A DNA stretch of 64,000 nt from Candidatus Ozemobacteraceae bacterium (GCA_965140445.1 OZ223236.1:960001-1024000); one strand, 5' to 3'. Shown: positions 27,907 to 39,100, counted from the stretch's first letter. Notes: generated from the letters alone by a model not told the origin. A program made the numbers and translations.

Positions 27907-28775
27907 TTTATGAAGAATGGATTGCAGGCCCAAGATACCTTAATTACGAATCAATAGCTGAACTCAACGCTGAGGAACTAAATTACAGAAAAAAGGTTGA
28001 ATAACCCAATATGGATCTACTAAAATAGTTCTTGATGCAGATTTTAATTCTGAAGAAAATGCTGATAAGGTTGTTGTTCTTTGACTTTGCCAATAGAAAT
28101 AAAATTGAATTTTTCCGAAACCGAGTTTGAAGAGAAATTTTATCCGGTTCTTGAAAATAAGATTTTTCATTTAACTTCTGTGGATTAATATAAAAGCATT
28201 AAAAAGTCTGGGGTTATTTTTCCAAGTGGAAAAGGCTATAAATCAACCTCAAAATATTCAAACATAAGTACAGGAAAACACTTAAATGCAGTTTGCCTGT
28301 TTGATTTGAGGGAGAAAACAAGAAAAGAAATCGCATTGGGAAAATCATTCTATGATTTTCTTTCTTCAAAAAAATTATCTTCTGGAATGGTTTATCTCAT
28401 TGTCGATGAAAAGTTTTATAGAGACATCATAATTCCGGCGAAGCTTGATAGTTTTACTCGTGACGAAACTATGTATCTGCCGGATATAGAAAGCTGGCAT
28501 AAAGGCGAACTTTCATTAGAGAAGTTAAGATGTGTTTGCGTAGTAAATTTAAAGAAGGTCTAAGCCTGTTACTCTTTTCTAGGGTTTTGTTGTTTTAGAG
28601 AATAGCGAATTTGGCTCTATATGACATGAAAAAGGTGTTGAAATTAAACCTAATCATGAGAGTTTTACATGTTTTTCTCTCATCTTATTGAAAAAATGGG
28701 CAAGGCGAAGGCTGTCGCTCTTAGGTGCGGTTGCAAGGGAGCAGCCAGACCGAAGCCGCCCCGAGGTTTTTACCG

Positions 28776-28892
28776 GAATGTGCCGCGACACCGGGGCCGC
28801 CTGGCTCCCGGCGGGGGTGGGTCTTTCCAGAGGATTAACCAAAGGTTAGAAGCCCCTTGTTAACCAATGCAACAAAAATAACTTTTCGCTGG
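28776..28892. repeat. Degenerate dispersed repeat, copy 2 (REP/MITE-like)
   Basis: Same three blocks as 27713-27864; embedded in GC-rich hairpins. Confidence 0.75.
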
Positions 28893-28988
28893 AACGCCCT
28901 CTTCAACCTTCAAACCAACCTTTTTATACAGCGGCAACCATTCTAGAGGGAATCGAACTAAATTTGTATTTTACCAATTTGTTCAAAA

Positions 28989-29017
28989 TTGATTTTTTTA
29001 GTTTTTTAAAATATACT
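28989..29017 (+). promoter_or_regulatory. Sigma70-type promoter upstream of a structured leader
   Basis: TTGATT-17 nt-TATACT. Confidence 0.7.
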
Positions 29018-29023
29018 AATTTC

Positions 29024-29140
29024 TGGCAGCTGATTCATGCCTCCCCCCTTCGCTGGGAAAGCACCAGAGTGCAGAATGGAAGAGCTTTTGTTCATGTAAA
29101 ACCTTTAATTAGGCTTTAGGCATAAGAAGGGAGTGCTTAA
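29024..29140 (+). ncRNA. Candidate structured 5' leader RNA
   Basis: GC-richer 5'UTR with crossing pairings atgcct/aggcat and cccttc/gaaggg, plus ctgg/ccag, gcac/gtgc, aaagc/gcttt. Confidence 0.4.
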
Positions 29141-29163
29141 ATAGTTTATATTGGAGGAATTAT

Positions 29164-29958
29164 ATGAAATTATCTGCGCCTATTCACGTTTTAAAGTCAC
29201 AGGCGAAAAGCTTGAAAAAACAAGCTGGCATTACTTCTGTTGAAGCACTTAACAGAATCGCTCAACAAGAGGGTTACAGCTCCTGGTCTCTGTTGAAATC
29301 CAGAGAAAACAACATCTTTCCAAATTCTTATGGCGAAATTCTCGATTTTTTTAATGACGGGGATTTGGTTTTGATTGGTGGAAGACCTGGGCAGGGGAAA
29401 ACAATTTTTACATTGGGGCTATTGGTTCAGGCGTTGCAAAAACAAGTGTTTCCGGGCTATGTGTTTACTCTTTGTGAAACTCCTAAAAGTATCATTGAAA
29501 GAATTAAGTGCTATAACTCAAACATAGTTCCAGACGGGGAAAAATTCGTTCTCGACTATTCGAATAAAATTTGTGCTGAGTACATTATTGAGCAAACCAG
29601 AGGGAAACTAAAAAGTGGCTCAATAATAGTTATAGATTATTTACAGCAGCTGGATGAGAAAAGGGTAAACCCACCAATTCAGGAACAAATTGTTGCTTTG
29701 AAAGCTTATGCGAAAGAGCAAAAATGCAAAATTATTTTCATTTCTCAAATTAGACGGGAAGTGGAATATCAGGAGTCCAAGACTCTTACTATAAAAGATG
29801 TCAGGTCTCCGAATCCATTCGATAAAAATCTGATTAACAAAATGATTCTGATGCAGCAAAGTTCAAAAGATCCATCAAAAGTTTCAGTTCAAATCAATTC
29901 AAAAACACCCCATCAATTTGAAGTTAACTTTTCAAGGGAAAAAAGAATCTTCTATTAG
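29164..29958 (+). CDS. DnaB-like (RecA-fold) NTPase with a small N-terminal helical domain
   Basis: MKLSAPIHVLKSQAK...EGYSSWSLL N-terminus; Walker A GRPGQGKT; IVIDYLQ; FISQI. Confidence 0.85.
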   Translation: MKLSAPIHVLKSQAKSLKKQAGITSVEALNRIAQQEGYSSWSLLKSRENNIFPNSYGEILDFFNDGDLVLIGGRPGQGKTIFTLGLLVQALQKQVFPGYVFTLCETPKSIIERIKCYNSNIVPDGEKFVLDYSNKICAEYIIEQTRGKLKSGSIIVIDYLQQLDEKRVNPPIQEQIVALKAYAKEQKCKIIFISQIRREVEYQESKTLTIKDVRSPNPFDKNLINKMILMQQSSKDPSKVSVQINSKTPHQFEVNFSREKRIFY

Positions 29959-29968
29959 CGTCTAAACT

Positions 29969-30001
29969 AATAGGGCAGGCAACTTTGCTTGCTCTATTTT
30001 T
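29969..30001 (+). terminator. Rho-independent terminator
   Basis: aatagggcaggcaa/ttgcttgctctatt plus T run. Confidence 0.65.
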
Positions 30002-30343
30002 ATCTCTTAAAGAACGTTTTTTACTCTCCCTCTCGAAAGTAAGGTCGAAGTTGATTTTGTTTGTTATAGCGCAAACTTCCGATAAATGCTTCCCAGAATC
30101 AAACTGGAATCAGGTTCTGAAAAAACATAATTTTAATTTTCAATGTTTTCGACCAGGGAAATCAAAATAAGCAAAAATATGATTATCCGTTGATCTCAAT
30201 GTCCATTAATTTGTTAAAACTTGTAAAAAAAATCAATATTCCAAGTATTTTAGGATGGAACTCTGTATTTTTGAAGCAAAATGTGGCATATAATAGTGTG
30301 CCAAAGATTTATAAAATTTATTAAGGAAATAAGAAGACAGACC

Positions 30344-33300
30344 ATGTATCTTAAGTCCCTTGAACTGATGGGCTTTAAGTCCTTTGGAAGAAAAACAGTA
30401 TTCGATCTGCAGCCAGGAATTACCGCTATTATCGGGCCTAACGGCTCGGGAAAAAGTAATATTTGTGATGCAATCAGATGGGTATTAGGTGAGCAAAGCG
30501 CTAAAGCCCTTCGCGGAACAAAGATGGCTGAGGTTATTTTTGCCGGTTCAAATCAGCTTAGACCAGCTGCTTTTGCCCAGGTAAAGCTCGTTCTTGATAA
30601 CGAGGATCGAATGATGCCAATGGATTTTTCCGAAGTTAGTATTGGTCGTCAATTATATAAATCCGGGGAAAGCAACTACTATGTAAATAGCACCAGAACC
30701 CTGTTGACCAGCATCAAAGAAATGCTTATGGATACCGGGATTGGCAAAGACGGCTATTCTGTAATTGGGCAGGGCGATATTGATGATATTATTTTTCAGA
30801 GAACCCAATCCAGACGAGCGTTAATAGAAGAAGCTGCCGGAATAACCAAGTTTAAACATAGAAAACAAAGCACTCTCAACAAGCTTTCGCACACAAAAGC
30901 CAATATTACAAGGCTAAACGATATTATCAGCGAAATTGAAGCCCAGCTTGGTCCTCTGGCTGAGCAGGCTGAGAAAACCAGAAAATACCAGGCTCTTGCG
31001 GCTGAACTGCGCCAATTAGAAATAGATCTGGTTTTGTTTGATCTAAACAAACTCCGCGGTGAGCATGAAAATATCAACTCCATGCGGCAGGGATTATTGG
31101 CAAAAGTTGAGGAGATTGAAAAATTTCTTCGAGAGGTTGATGAGAAAAAAGCAGCGGCGCGAGAGCGATTTGCCGAGTTTGAAAGTGTTCTCGAAAGTCG
31201 CCAGGTCGAGGTGCGAAAAGTTGTTAGTCTCATGGACGCTGAAAGAGAGAAGGGCGCTTCGATAAAAGAAGAGATTCGCAGTAACCAGGCGAGAAGTCAG
31301 GCGATCCTTGAAGAAGTCGAAAATATTGACTCCATGCTTTCTGATGGTGGCGCAGAAATTCTTGAAGCCGAAGATAGACTTAAAGGCGAGGAATCCAGAG
31401 AAGCAGAAGTTCGTTCAGGCATCGATGAGGTTGAGGCTCAGGCTTCATCTGTAAAAGCTGAATTGGATGAGCATTTGCAGGAACTCTCTCAAGGAAAAGA
31501 ATCTGTTTTTAAAATTGCTGTTGCCATAACAGATCGGAAAAATAGAATTAATACTGCCGAACAACAGATGCAAATTCTTGGCAGACAGCTTGATAAAGGC
31601 GAGTCTGATATCTCAAACTTTGAAGGTCAGCTTGATAAATTAAAGACTGAAAACAGTCGTCTCAACATGGAAATTTCTACCATGAAGAGTGAAATTGAAG
31701 AAAATACTGCCGCTTTACAGGATGAAGCAACTCGTCTGAATAAGGTGGAAAGAGAATTTAAAAGCACTGAAGAAGAGCTTATTGGTGCATCTGATCAAAT
31801 TAAGATTTTCAGAGCAAGAGCTAATATCCTGGAAGAACTCAAATACAGCCGGGATAGTGGTATTTACAGAGGCGTTCAAGCTGCTTTAGCTTTAAAAGAA
31901 ACTGGAAGATTGCCAGACATTCACGGAATTGTGGGGGACTTGATTAAAGTTCCCAAAGGCTTTGAAACAGCATTTGAAACAGCACTGGGTGGAAGCATTC
32001 AGGATGTTGTTACCAGGGATGTAGAAACTGCGAAGCGTGCTATCGGGATTCTTAAAGAAAATAGAACTGGCCGCGCGACTTTCTTGCCTCTTGATATGAT
32101 AAAGGCAGGTCCGAAGTGCGAAAAGCCTAATGCACCTGGCTGTCTTGGAGTTGCTCTGGATCTGGTGGATTTTGACGCAAAGTTTTATACTGCAATGAGT
32201 TATCTCCTTGGCCGTATTCTTATTTTTGAAAAGCTGGATGACGCAGTTGCGTATGCAAGGAACCATAGAGATTTTAATCGAATTGTAACTCTTGAGGGTG
32301 ATATTGTAAGGTCTTCAGGAGCTTTGACCGGTGGCGGTGAAGCTAAGAAAAGTGGTGGTATTCTTGCTCGAAAGCGAGAGCAGGATGAACTTGAAAGTAA
32401 GTTAAAGAGTCTCGAGCATAAAGAGATTAAACTAAAATCTTTGCTTGGAACCCTTCAAAAAGAGCGCCAGAATTTGTTACAAACCACCAGGACAAGAGAA
32501 GATGCAATCAATAGAAGAAGGCATTCATTAGAATTTTTTGAAAGATCATTCGAAAAGAATTCTGCTGAACTTAAGACCAGAAGCGATGAATTCTCCAACA
32601 TTGAAAAAGATAGAGCTGAAATCAGCCAGCGCCTGGCAGAGCTGAAGAAGGACATGGAGCTTGCTTCCAGAGAACTTGAAGAGCTTGAACTCCAGAATCA
32701 GGATTTATCAACTAACTTGAATTCCCTCAGTGGCAAAGAGGAAGCTATACAATCCAGACTTGCAGAGCTAAACGGGATTTTGAGTGAACGAAAGCTTGAG
32801 CTTGCTCAGATTGTTGAACGTAAAAAAGCAGTAAAAAAAGAAATTGAAATGGCTACCCGAAGAAGAAAGGAAGCCCAGGAAAGAAAAGATAAATCTTCTG
32901 CTGAAATCGAACGCCTCAAACAGGCTATTGTTGACGGAGAAAGGCAAGTTGAAGAAATTCAGAAGCAATTTTCCGAACTCGAAAAACAAAAAAATACCCT
33001 TGAAGCTGCAATGGAAGATCTGCAGAACAATTACCGCCAGATTTCCAAGGAGCTGGATCAGTTAGATCATGCTTATCAAAGTAGGGTAAGAATTGAAGAT
33101 TCAACCCGCAAAAAGCTTTCAGAATTAGATATTAAGCTTGCGGAAGTAAAAACTCATATTAGTAACAAAGAAGGCATTCTTCGTGGCGAGTTTAATCTCA
33201 GTGTTGAAGAGATTGGCGGCCACAATTACAAGTATGACAATCGCGAAGAGCTTTCTAATACTATTACTCAGAGAAAATTTGAACAACAGGCTTTGGAGCC

Positions 33301-33985
33301 GGTAAACCCATTGGCAATCGAAGATTACGAAAAAAGTAAAGAGCGTTATGACTTTTTGAACAGCCAGGTTGATGATATGACCGAAGCTGCAGATTCTTTG
33401 CTTGAGGTTATTACCGAAATTGAGAAAATTTCATCAGAAAGGTTCCTTGAAACTTTTGAGCAGATCAATATTGCTTTTGATGGAATTTTTGAAATTCTGT
33501 TCCCCGGCGGAACAGGAATGTTAAAGCTTAGTAACAAGGATGAGCCTCTAGAGAGCAATGTTGAAATTATCTGCAGGTTGCCCGGAAAGAAACTTTCGAC
33601 CCTTGAGCTATTCAGCGGTGGGGAAAAGGCTTTGATTTCTCTGGCTCTTTTATTCTCTATTTTGCAGGTAAAACCGCCGGCATTTTGTCTTCTTGATGAA
33701 GTGGAGGCAGCACTTGATGAGGCAAATGTAAGAAGATTTACCAGAATGCTTCGTAGTTTTGCTGATAAAACCCAGTTTTTACTTATTACGCACAATAAGG
33801 AAACTATGCAGGCTGTTGACGTTATTTATGGTATAACTTTGCAGAAGAATGGAATTTCTCGCCCAATTTCCATCCGACTTGAAGACGAGGATATGATTAA
33901 GGAATTTACAGTCAATCGTTCTGGACAGGTGAAGAGCAAGAATACAGCACTTGGATCAGAGAAGGTTGCTGAGGAGAATACATGA
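30344..33985 (+). CDS. smc: Chromosome segregation protein SMC
   Basis: MYLKSLEL.GFKSF, GPNGSGKSN, hinge GRATFLPL, FSGGEK, LLDEVEAALD; long coiled coils. Confidence 0.98.
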   Translation: MYLKSLELMGFKSFGRKTVFDLQPGITAIIGPNGSGKSNICDAIRWVLGEQSAKALRGTKMAEVIFAGSNQLRPAAFAQVKLVLDNEDRMMPMDFSEVSIGRQLYKSGESNYYVNSTRTLLTSIKEMLMDTGIGKDGYSVIGQGDIDDIIFQRTQSRRALIEEAAGITKFKHRKQSTLNKLSHTKANITRLNDIISEIEAQLGPLAEQAEKTRKYQALAAELRQLEIDLVLFDLNKLRGEHENINSMRQGLLAKVEEIEKFLREVDEKKAAARERFAEFESVLESRQVEVRKVVSLMDAEREKGASIKEEIRSNQARSQAILEEVENIDSMLSDGGAEILEAEDRLKGEESREAEVRSGIDEVEAQASSVKAELDEHLQELSQGKESVFKIAVAITDRKNRINTAEQQMQILGRQLDKGESDISNFEGQLDKLKTENSRLNMEISTMKSEIEENTAALQDEATRLNKVEREFKSTEEELIGASDQIKIFRARANILEELKYSRDSGIYRGVQAALALKETGRLPDIHGIVGDLIKVPKGFETAFETALGGSIQDVVTRDVETAKRAIGILKENRTGRATFLPLDMIKAGPKCEKPNAPGCLGVALDLVDFDAKFYTAMSYLLGRILIFEKLDDAVAYARNHRDFNRIVTLEGDIVRSSGALTGGGEAKKSGGILARKREQDELESKLKSLEHKEIKLKSLLGTLQKERQNLLQTTRTREDAINRRRHSLEFFERSFEKNSAELKTRSDEFSNIEKDRAEISQRLAELKKDMELASRELEELELQNQDLSTNLNSLSGKEEAIQSRLAELNGILSERKLELAQIVERKKAVKKEIEMATRRRKEAQERKDKSSAEIERLKQAIVDGERQVEEIQKQFSELEKQKNTLEAAMEDLQNNYRQISKELDQLDHAYQSRVRIEDSTRKKLSELDIKLAEVKTHISNKEGILRGEFNLSVEEIGGHNYKYDNREELSNTITQRKFEQQALEPVNPLAIEDYEKSKERYDFLNSQVDDMTEAADSLLEVITEIEKISSERFLETFEQINIAFDGIFEILFPGGTGMLKLSNKDEPLESNVEIICRLPGKKLSTLELFSGGEKALISLALLFSILQVKPPAFCLLDEVEAALDEANVRRFTRMLRSFADKTQFLLITHNKETMQAVDVIYGITLQKNGISRPISIRLEDEDMIKEFTVNRSGQVKSKNTALGSEKVAEENT

Positions 33986-35400
33986 TGAGCGATGAGAAAA
34001 AGTTGAAAAACGAACAAAAACCACCACAACAATGGGATGAGGCACGCGTCATTGTCCTGTTGATTGGTATCAGCTTAATGATCGAAGGCGGTTTGATTTA
34101 TTTTCAAGCCGGCTCAAGTCAGATGGTTGTTTCTGGTGTTACAGCTGTAGCCGGTCTTACTCTACTGCTTTTTGCATGGTTTGTTCCACTGGATGAAGAA
34201 TCAATTGACGAACTATCTACGGATCTCGAAGACGATAAAAAAGAGGCTATTGCAGATAAAACCGCTGTAGAAATTGAGAAAAAAGAAGAGCCTAAAGAAA
34301 AGGTGACTCTTGAGTCTGAAGCGGTAGAAGAAAAAAAGCCTGAAGCTGCAGATAAAAAAATAGAAGAAGTTGCTCCTGAAGCAGAAGCTCCTAAAGAAGA
34401 AAAGGCTGTTGTTGAAGAAAAACCAGTCGTTGAAGAAGAGCCAGAATTAACCTGGTTTCAACGCTTAACCAGAGGGCTTACTAAGACAAGAACAGGTTTC
34501 GTCGGTAAGCTAAAAAAATTGGTTCTCGGCAAGACTGAGATTGATGAAGAACTACTTGATGAATTAGAGGAAACTCTTTTTGAAGCAGATGTGGGAGTAA
34601 AAACTACTCAGGAATTATTAGAGGTTCTTCATAAAAAAGTTGAAGAAGAAGAAATTAAAGAACCTCAAAAGATTTATGAAATTTTGAAAGAACAGCTTAA
34701 AGCTAAGCTTACAAGGTTTTCTTCAGACCCAAAACTCAATCCAGACGGGCTTACAGTCTTTTTGATTATTGGGGTTAATGGAGTTGGAAAAACAACAACA
34801 ATTGCTAAACTTGCACATAAATACATTAGTGAAGGTAAGAAAGTTGTTCTGGCTGCAGGTGATACATTCAGAGCGGCTGCTATTGATCAACTTACTATCT
34901 GGGGCGAAAGAGTTGGCGCGGAAGTTATTCGCGGCACTGAAGGTGGAGATCCTGGAGCTTTGGCATTTGATGCAATTCATGCAGCAAAGAAAAGAGAAGC
35001 TGATATTTTGATCATTGATACTGCTGGAAGAATGCATGTTAAGGCAAACCTGATGGCAGAGTTGAAAAAGGTCGAAAAGATTGCGGAAAAAGAAAGCGAT
35101 GGCGGCCCACATGAAGTTTTGCTGGTGCTAGATGCAACAACAGGACAGAATGCTGTTCAACAGGCAAAGCTGTTTAATGAAGCTATTCCTATTTCGGGGT
35201 TGGTAATTACCAAACTGGATGGAACTGCCAAGGGTGGGGTGTTATTTGCGGTTGAAGAGCAGATAAATGCACCAGTTAAGTTTATTGGAGTTGGTGAAAA
35301 GATGAATGATCTTATGTCATTTGATCCAGAGCAGTTTCTTGAAGCGTTGTTCTCAGATGATTCTGAAAAAACAAAGCAGAGTGATTACGAGGTATTGTAG
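33982..35400 (+). CDS. ftsY: Signal recognition particle receptor FtsY with N-terminal TM segments and an acidic region
   Basis: GVNGVGKTTT, DTFRAAA, DTAGR, TKLDGTAKGG. Confidence 0.97.
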   Translation: MMSDEKKLKNEQKPPQQWDEARVIVLLIGISLMIEGGLIYFQAGSSQMVVSGVTAVAGLTLLLFAWFVPLDEESIDELSTDLEDDKKEAIADKTAVEIEKKEEPKEKVTLESEAVEEKKPEAADKKIEEVAPEAEAPKEEKAVVEEKPVVEEEPELTWFQRLTRGLTKTRTGFVGKLKKLVLGKTEIDEELLDELEETLFEADVGVKTTQELLEVLHKKVEEEEIKEPQKIYEILKEQLKAKLTRFSSDPKLNPDGLTVFLIIGVNGVGKTTTIAKLAHKYISEGKKVVLAAGDTFRAAAIDQLTIWGERVGAEVIRGTEGGDPGALAFDAIHAAKKREADILIIDTAGRMHVKANLMAELKKVEKIAEKESDGGPHEVLLVLDATTGQNAVQQAKLFNEAIPISGLVITKLDGTAKGGVLFAVEEQINAPVKFIGVGEKMNDLMSFDPEQFLEALFSDDSEKTKQSDYEVL

Positions 35401-35423
35401 AAGCTTAAGTTTTTTTATTTAAT

Positions 35424-36149
35424 TTATTCAAACATAAAAAAGCTGTTCCATTTGTTAAGGCAAGTGGAGCAGTTTTTTTTGAATTCCAAAACCAATGGTT
35501 CCAAATCGGTTTTAGAAAAATCTTTTGAATAGTTTTTCAGTCTGGAGTATTCTTCAATCAAGTCACTGAGGTCTTTCTCAAGAATCTTTGTGTGTTCATA
35601 GCCAGGCTGAAGTAAATTTTGTGCCTTTTCCAATGGGTTTTTGATAACGGTTGTAAACCAATTATCATCTGCGAAGTTTATTGTGTCGCTAAAAGAATGT
35701 TTTGCTTCTTTAGCCCTCTCATGAAAAGCTTTTAACGCATCTGGAACTGTTAGATTTTCAAAAAATATTTTTACTCTTTCGATCTCCAGGTCGTTTGCAT
35801 TGTTATTGCTAAGAGTTTTTAGGGAATGACCAATGCCAGCGAGCTTTTTTTTCCATAAATCCTTGCTTATAAAATTAACTGTAGGTGGCATCCCGGAGTC
35901 ATTGTGAGCCAGGAAAAAGTCAATCCAGTCGTTGAATAAGGCCCCGATACGTTTCGCCTTGTCTGGAGTATTCAAAGAAACCGCAAGCTTTGCTTCTTCT
36001 ATGAGATTAATTATTCTGATACATCTCGTATTAAAGCTATTTTGGGCAAAGCTTGAGATATCGCAAGCTTGAGATGGAGCTGCTTGAAAAAGAGGCGAGA
36101 TAAAAAAAACAACCACCAAAAAGATTAACTTTCTGATGGTTGTTTTCAT
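35424..36149 (-). CDS. Secreted hypothetical protein (helical)
   Basis: Signal peptide; last gene of a minus-strand operon. Confidence 0.7.
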   Translation of the reverse strand: MKTTIRKLIFLVVVFFISPLFQAAPSQACDISSFAQNSFNTRCIRIINLIEEAKLAVSLNTPDKAKRIGALFNDWIDFFLAHNDSGMPPTVNFISKDLWKKKLAGIGHSLKTLSNNNANDLEIERVKIFFENLTVPDALKAFHERAKEAKHSFSDTINFADDNWFTTVIKNPLEKAQNLLQPGYEHTKILEKDLSDLIEEYSRLKNYSKDFSKTDLEPLVLEFKKNCSTCLNKWNSFFMFE

Positions 36150-36158
36150 TGTTTTTAA

Positions 36159-39100
36159 CTAGTTAGTTCGAATTTCTTTGTTTTCTAATACTCTAGTATT
36201 GAAGGTATTGTCCAGAATTCTTACTGGAATTGTAATTGTGCGTTCGTTACCCTGATCATCTTTAGCCTGAAGAGTAATTCTTACTTGATTGGTTCCGGCA
36301 ACAACTTTCATAGGCATATCAATTGAGAACCTGGCTCTTGGTTTATCAAGTTGAGTGTTTGGCGCTCCACTTGAATCAACGCTGGATACCTTTGAAATCA
36401 AATTGGCATTTGCTGGAAGCATGCTTGAATTTGCACCATCAGTTAAGTCTGTTATAGATATTGTTGCTTCTTTTAAAGCTTTATAATTAACATTGTCAGT
36501 GATGTTTATGTTAACAAGTAGTCGGCTTGATCTTCTGAATGCAGGGATTGAACTGTCTCCAAGAACCAGCTGTGTGTCAACCAGAGTGGTTCCAATTGGA
36601 GTTGGGTATGCAGCACAGCCTTCGATATCATTTGCTGTATAGCTTGAAATTCCAGAATTGTTCTGAAGATTGTAACAAGCGGCTGTAAGACTACACTTTC
36701 CAAGTAATTCAGGGGTTGTTGGAACTCGCACAAGGTCTTTTTCATTTTCTTCGAGTTTGAAAACCCATCTTCGGTTATCGATTTGTGACACAAGCTCAAC
36801 TTCCAGTGTTGGCGGATCATTGTCTATACGAGTTACAGCTTTGGAGAACATTTGTACTCCACCTTCCGGTAAAGCAGCGCTAGGATAGATATCGTTCCAT
36901 GCATCAGCAAGATAGAACTTATGAGAAATATCTTGAGAATCAGTTCCGATACCATCATGAATCTCGCCAAAGGCAGTATAGTTAAGATTGCCAACCCAAT
37001 TGGCAAGGGTGCCGTCCTGGGTGAATGGGCCAGTTGGTCCATAATAAGCAATATTTTGTTTGAAAGTGGAAGTTTTAAGCCAGCTGTCTTCTTTATAGAA
37101 TGTGTCGGAATTTGGTCCAGGATTGTGAGTTACATCTGAAATTTTGGTTCCGAGGAGTGTGTAAGGTTTATTGGCATCAGATGTATCACAAGGACGAGCT
37201 TCGTCTACTTTTTCAAAAGCAAGTTCGAAGTCTTTAATATCTGCCATTGGGTTGTTGTCAGATACCTGGAATTCAACTTCTACATCATCAACAGGATCAT
37301 TTGTTGTTTGAATGATAGTGTCGCTCATTGCATCAGTAACTTTTGGAATATCAGAGTCTCTGACCAGAATGTTCCAATAATCTTTTGCAGATGCGTAAAG
37401 AGTCTCTCCATCTGTAACCTTGAAGCTTTGGTTGGCCAGGAAGTTAGCTCCATTTTCAGTTGCCTGAATCTTACTTATAATGTGGATCGGTTTTGAATTT
37501 GCAACTCCATCTTCTACATATGGAACCAGGCTGCTGAAACGATTTTCTGTTGTGGTGGTATCACCAAGATCGGAGTTGTTCCAGCTAACTCTTGGGTAGA
37601 CAATTTCCAGATGAAGGGCATAGGTTTCCGGATCAATTGGAGTAGCTATTTTTTCAATTCTACCTTGAGGTACTTTTATGTTGAATCGGTATTTTCTATC
37701 GCCAATTTCTGTCATTGTTACTATTGGAGATGATTCAGCGCAGTTTCCCTGAGCAATTTTAGTTCCGCGAGGAATTACAGAATCAGCTGTAGGAGCTGTT
37801 TCTGAAGCTATATTTGGTGGTCTTATAGGATTGAGATACATGCTCCACTGGATAAATCTAAGATCGTTACTTGTTGGTGGTATGTCCATTCTGGTGCCAC
37901 AGAAATGCTTGTTTTGATTATCTCCAGCCTTTTTCCATCCAGGGTTGTAAATATTAAGATTTACATTGCTTGAGATTGGATTGAGCGATCCAGCTGTGTA
38001 GTTGTAAACATGCCCTGTGGTAGAAATTGAACCAGTCGGGATTGAATAGTCCATATTTGCAAAAACGTTTTTCATTTCGTTGTACAATTTTTCGTAATAC
38101 AGATAATCCCATACTCCAACACCGTCATATGTTGATAGAGCAGAGTTGATGTTGCTTTTTACATTTGCATCGCGAACGAATTGGGCATCAAAAGAAAATT
38201 CAATAGCATTCATTTCTTTGTCTTCAGCTATGTCATAGTCTGAATTTATTGTTGAGTTGCTGGTTACATTTTGGAATTTTCTAGATAGCGGTTTTAGAGT
38301 GATATTAGAAACATAGCTCTGTGTCTGGTTAAGGGCAAGGGTTGCTGAGTAAACTTTAACTAGATACTCGTAGCTTTCGGTTTGTACAACTGAACTTGAA
38401 AGGTCGCTGGGTCTGGCATTTGGATTTGTTGCCAGAACAGAGTAATCAAATTTGTTATATTTAATATTTGCTTTGAGGATGAAGTTTCCTGGATGCGGGA
38501 ACTTACAATTGATTTCACCATTTTCATTTGTCGTGGTAAGACTTGTTACATCCATTTCTTCCAGAACAGTATAGTTCGTGAGGTCGCCTTCAATCCATTT
38601 TAGAGTCCATGTGATATCTGTTTTCTTAGTGGCAGATTCAAACATTGTTGATGGAAATCCACTTGATACACCATCATTATCTTCATCATGATTGTATGTT
38701 CCATCTGGTGCTGGAACAAGATTCAGTGCAAGGTCGGAGTGAATAACAGTGCCCGTGTTTGGATCTACCACATTACCTATTGATTTGAGGCCGTATCTAA
38801 CGCCGTTGATAAAAGGTTTATAACCTTCAATTTTAAGTGTGAGGGTTTCGCCTTCAGCTATTGAAGTTGTGCTGTTAAGAGGAGGTGAGCCAGCGCCTGC
38901 TGATAGTCTTATGATATGAGGTTTGTCTGGCGAAGAGTTGTAGTCTTCCGGGATCTTAGCAACGTTAACTACAGACATTTCGCCAGGAAACAATGAGTTT
39001 CTTTCACCTTCTGGCTCAACGGACCATGCGCTGCCTACCCATGCTAATGAACCATTTGACTGTTTTTCTATTTTTCTAGTCCATAGATCATAACCTGCAT

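Noticed and set aside
28306..28563. 85-aa ORF as a third paralog fragment of the 23-25 kb family
   Set aside because: Similarity is too weak to support by eye; at most a decayed gene.
28654..28863. Overlapping 62-aa and 64-aa ORFs
   Set aside because: By-products of a GC-rich palindromic element.
29164..29958. Second replicative helicase
   Set aside because: It lacks the DnaB N-terminal domain and the KxRxG finger; a complete dnaB is present at 9878.
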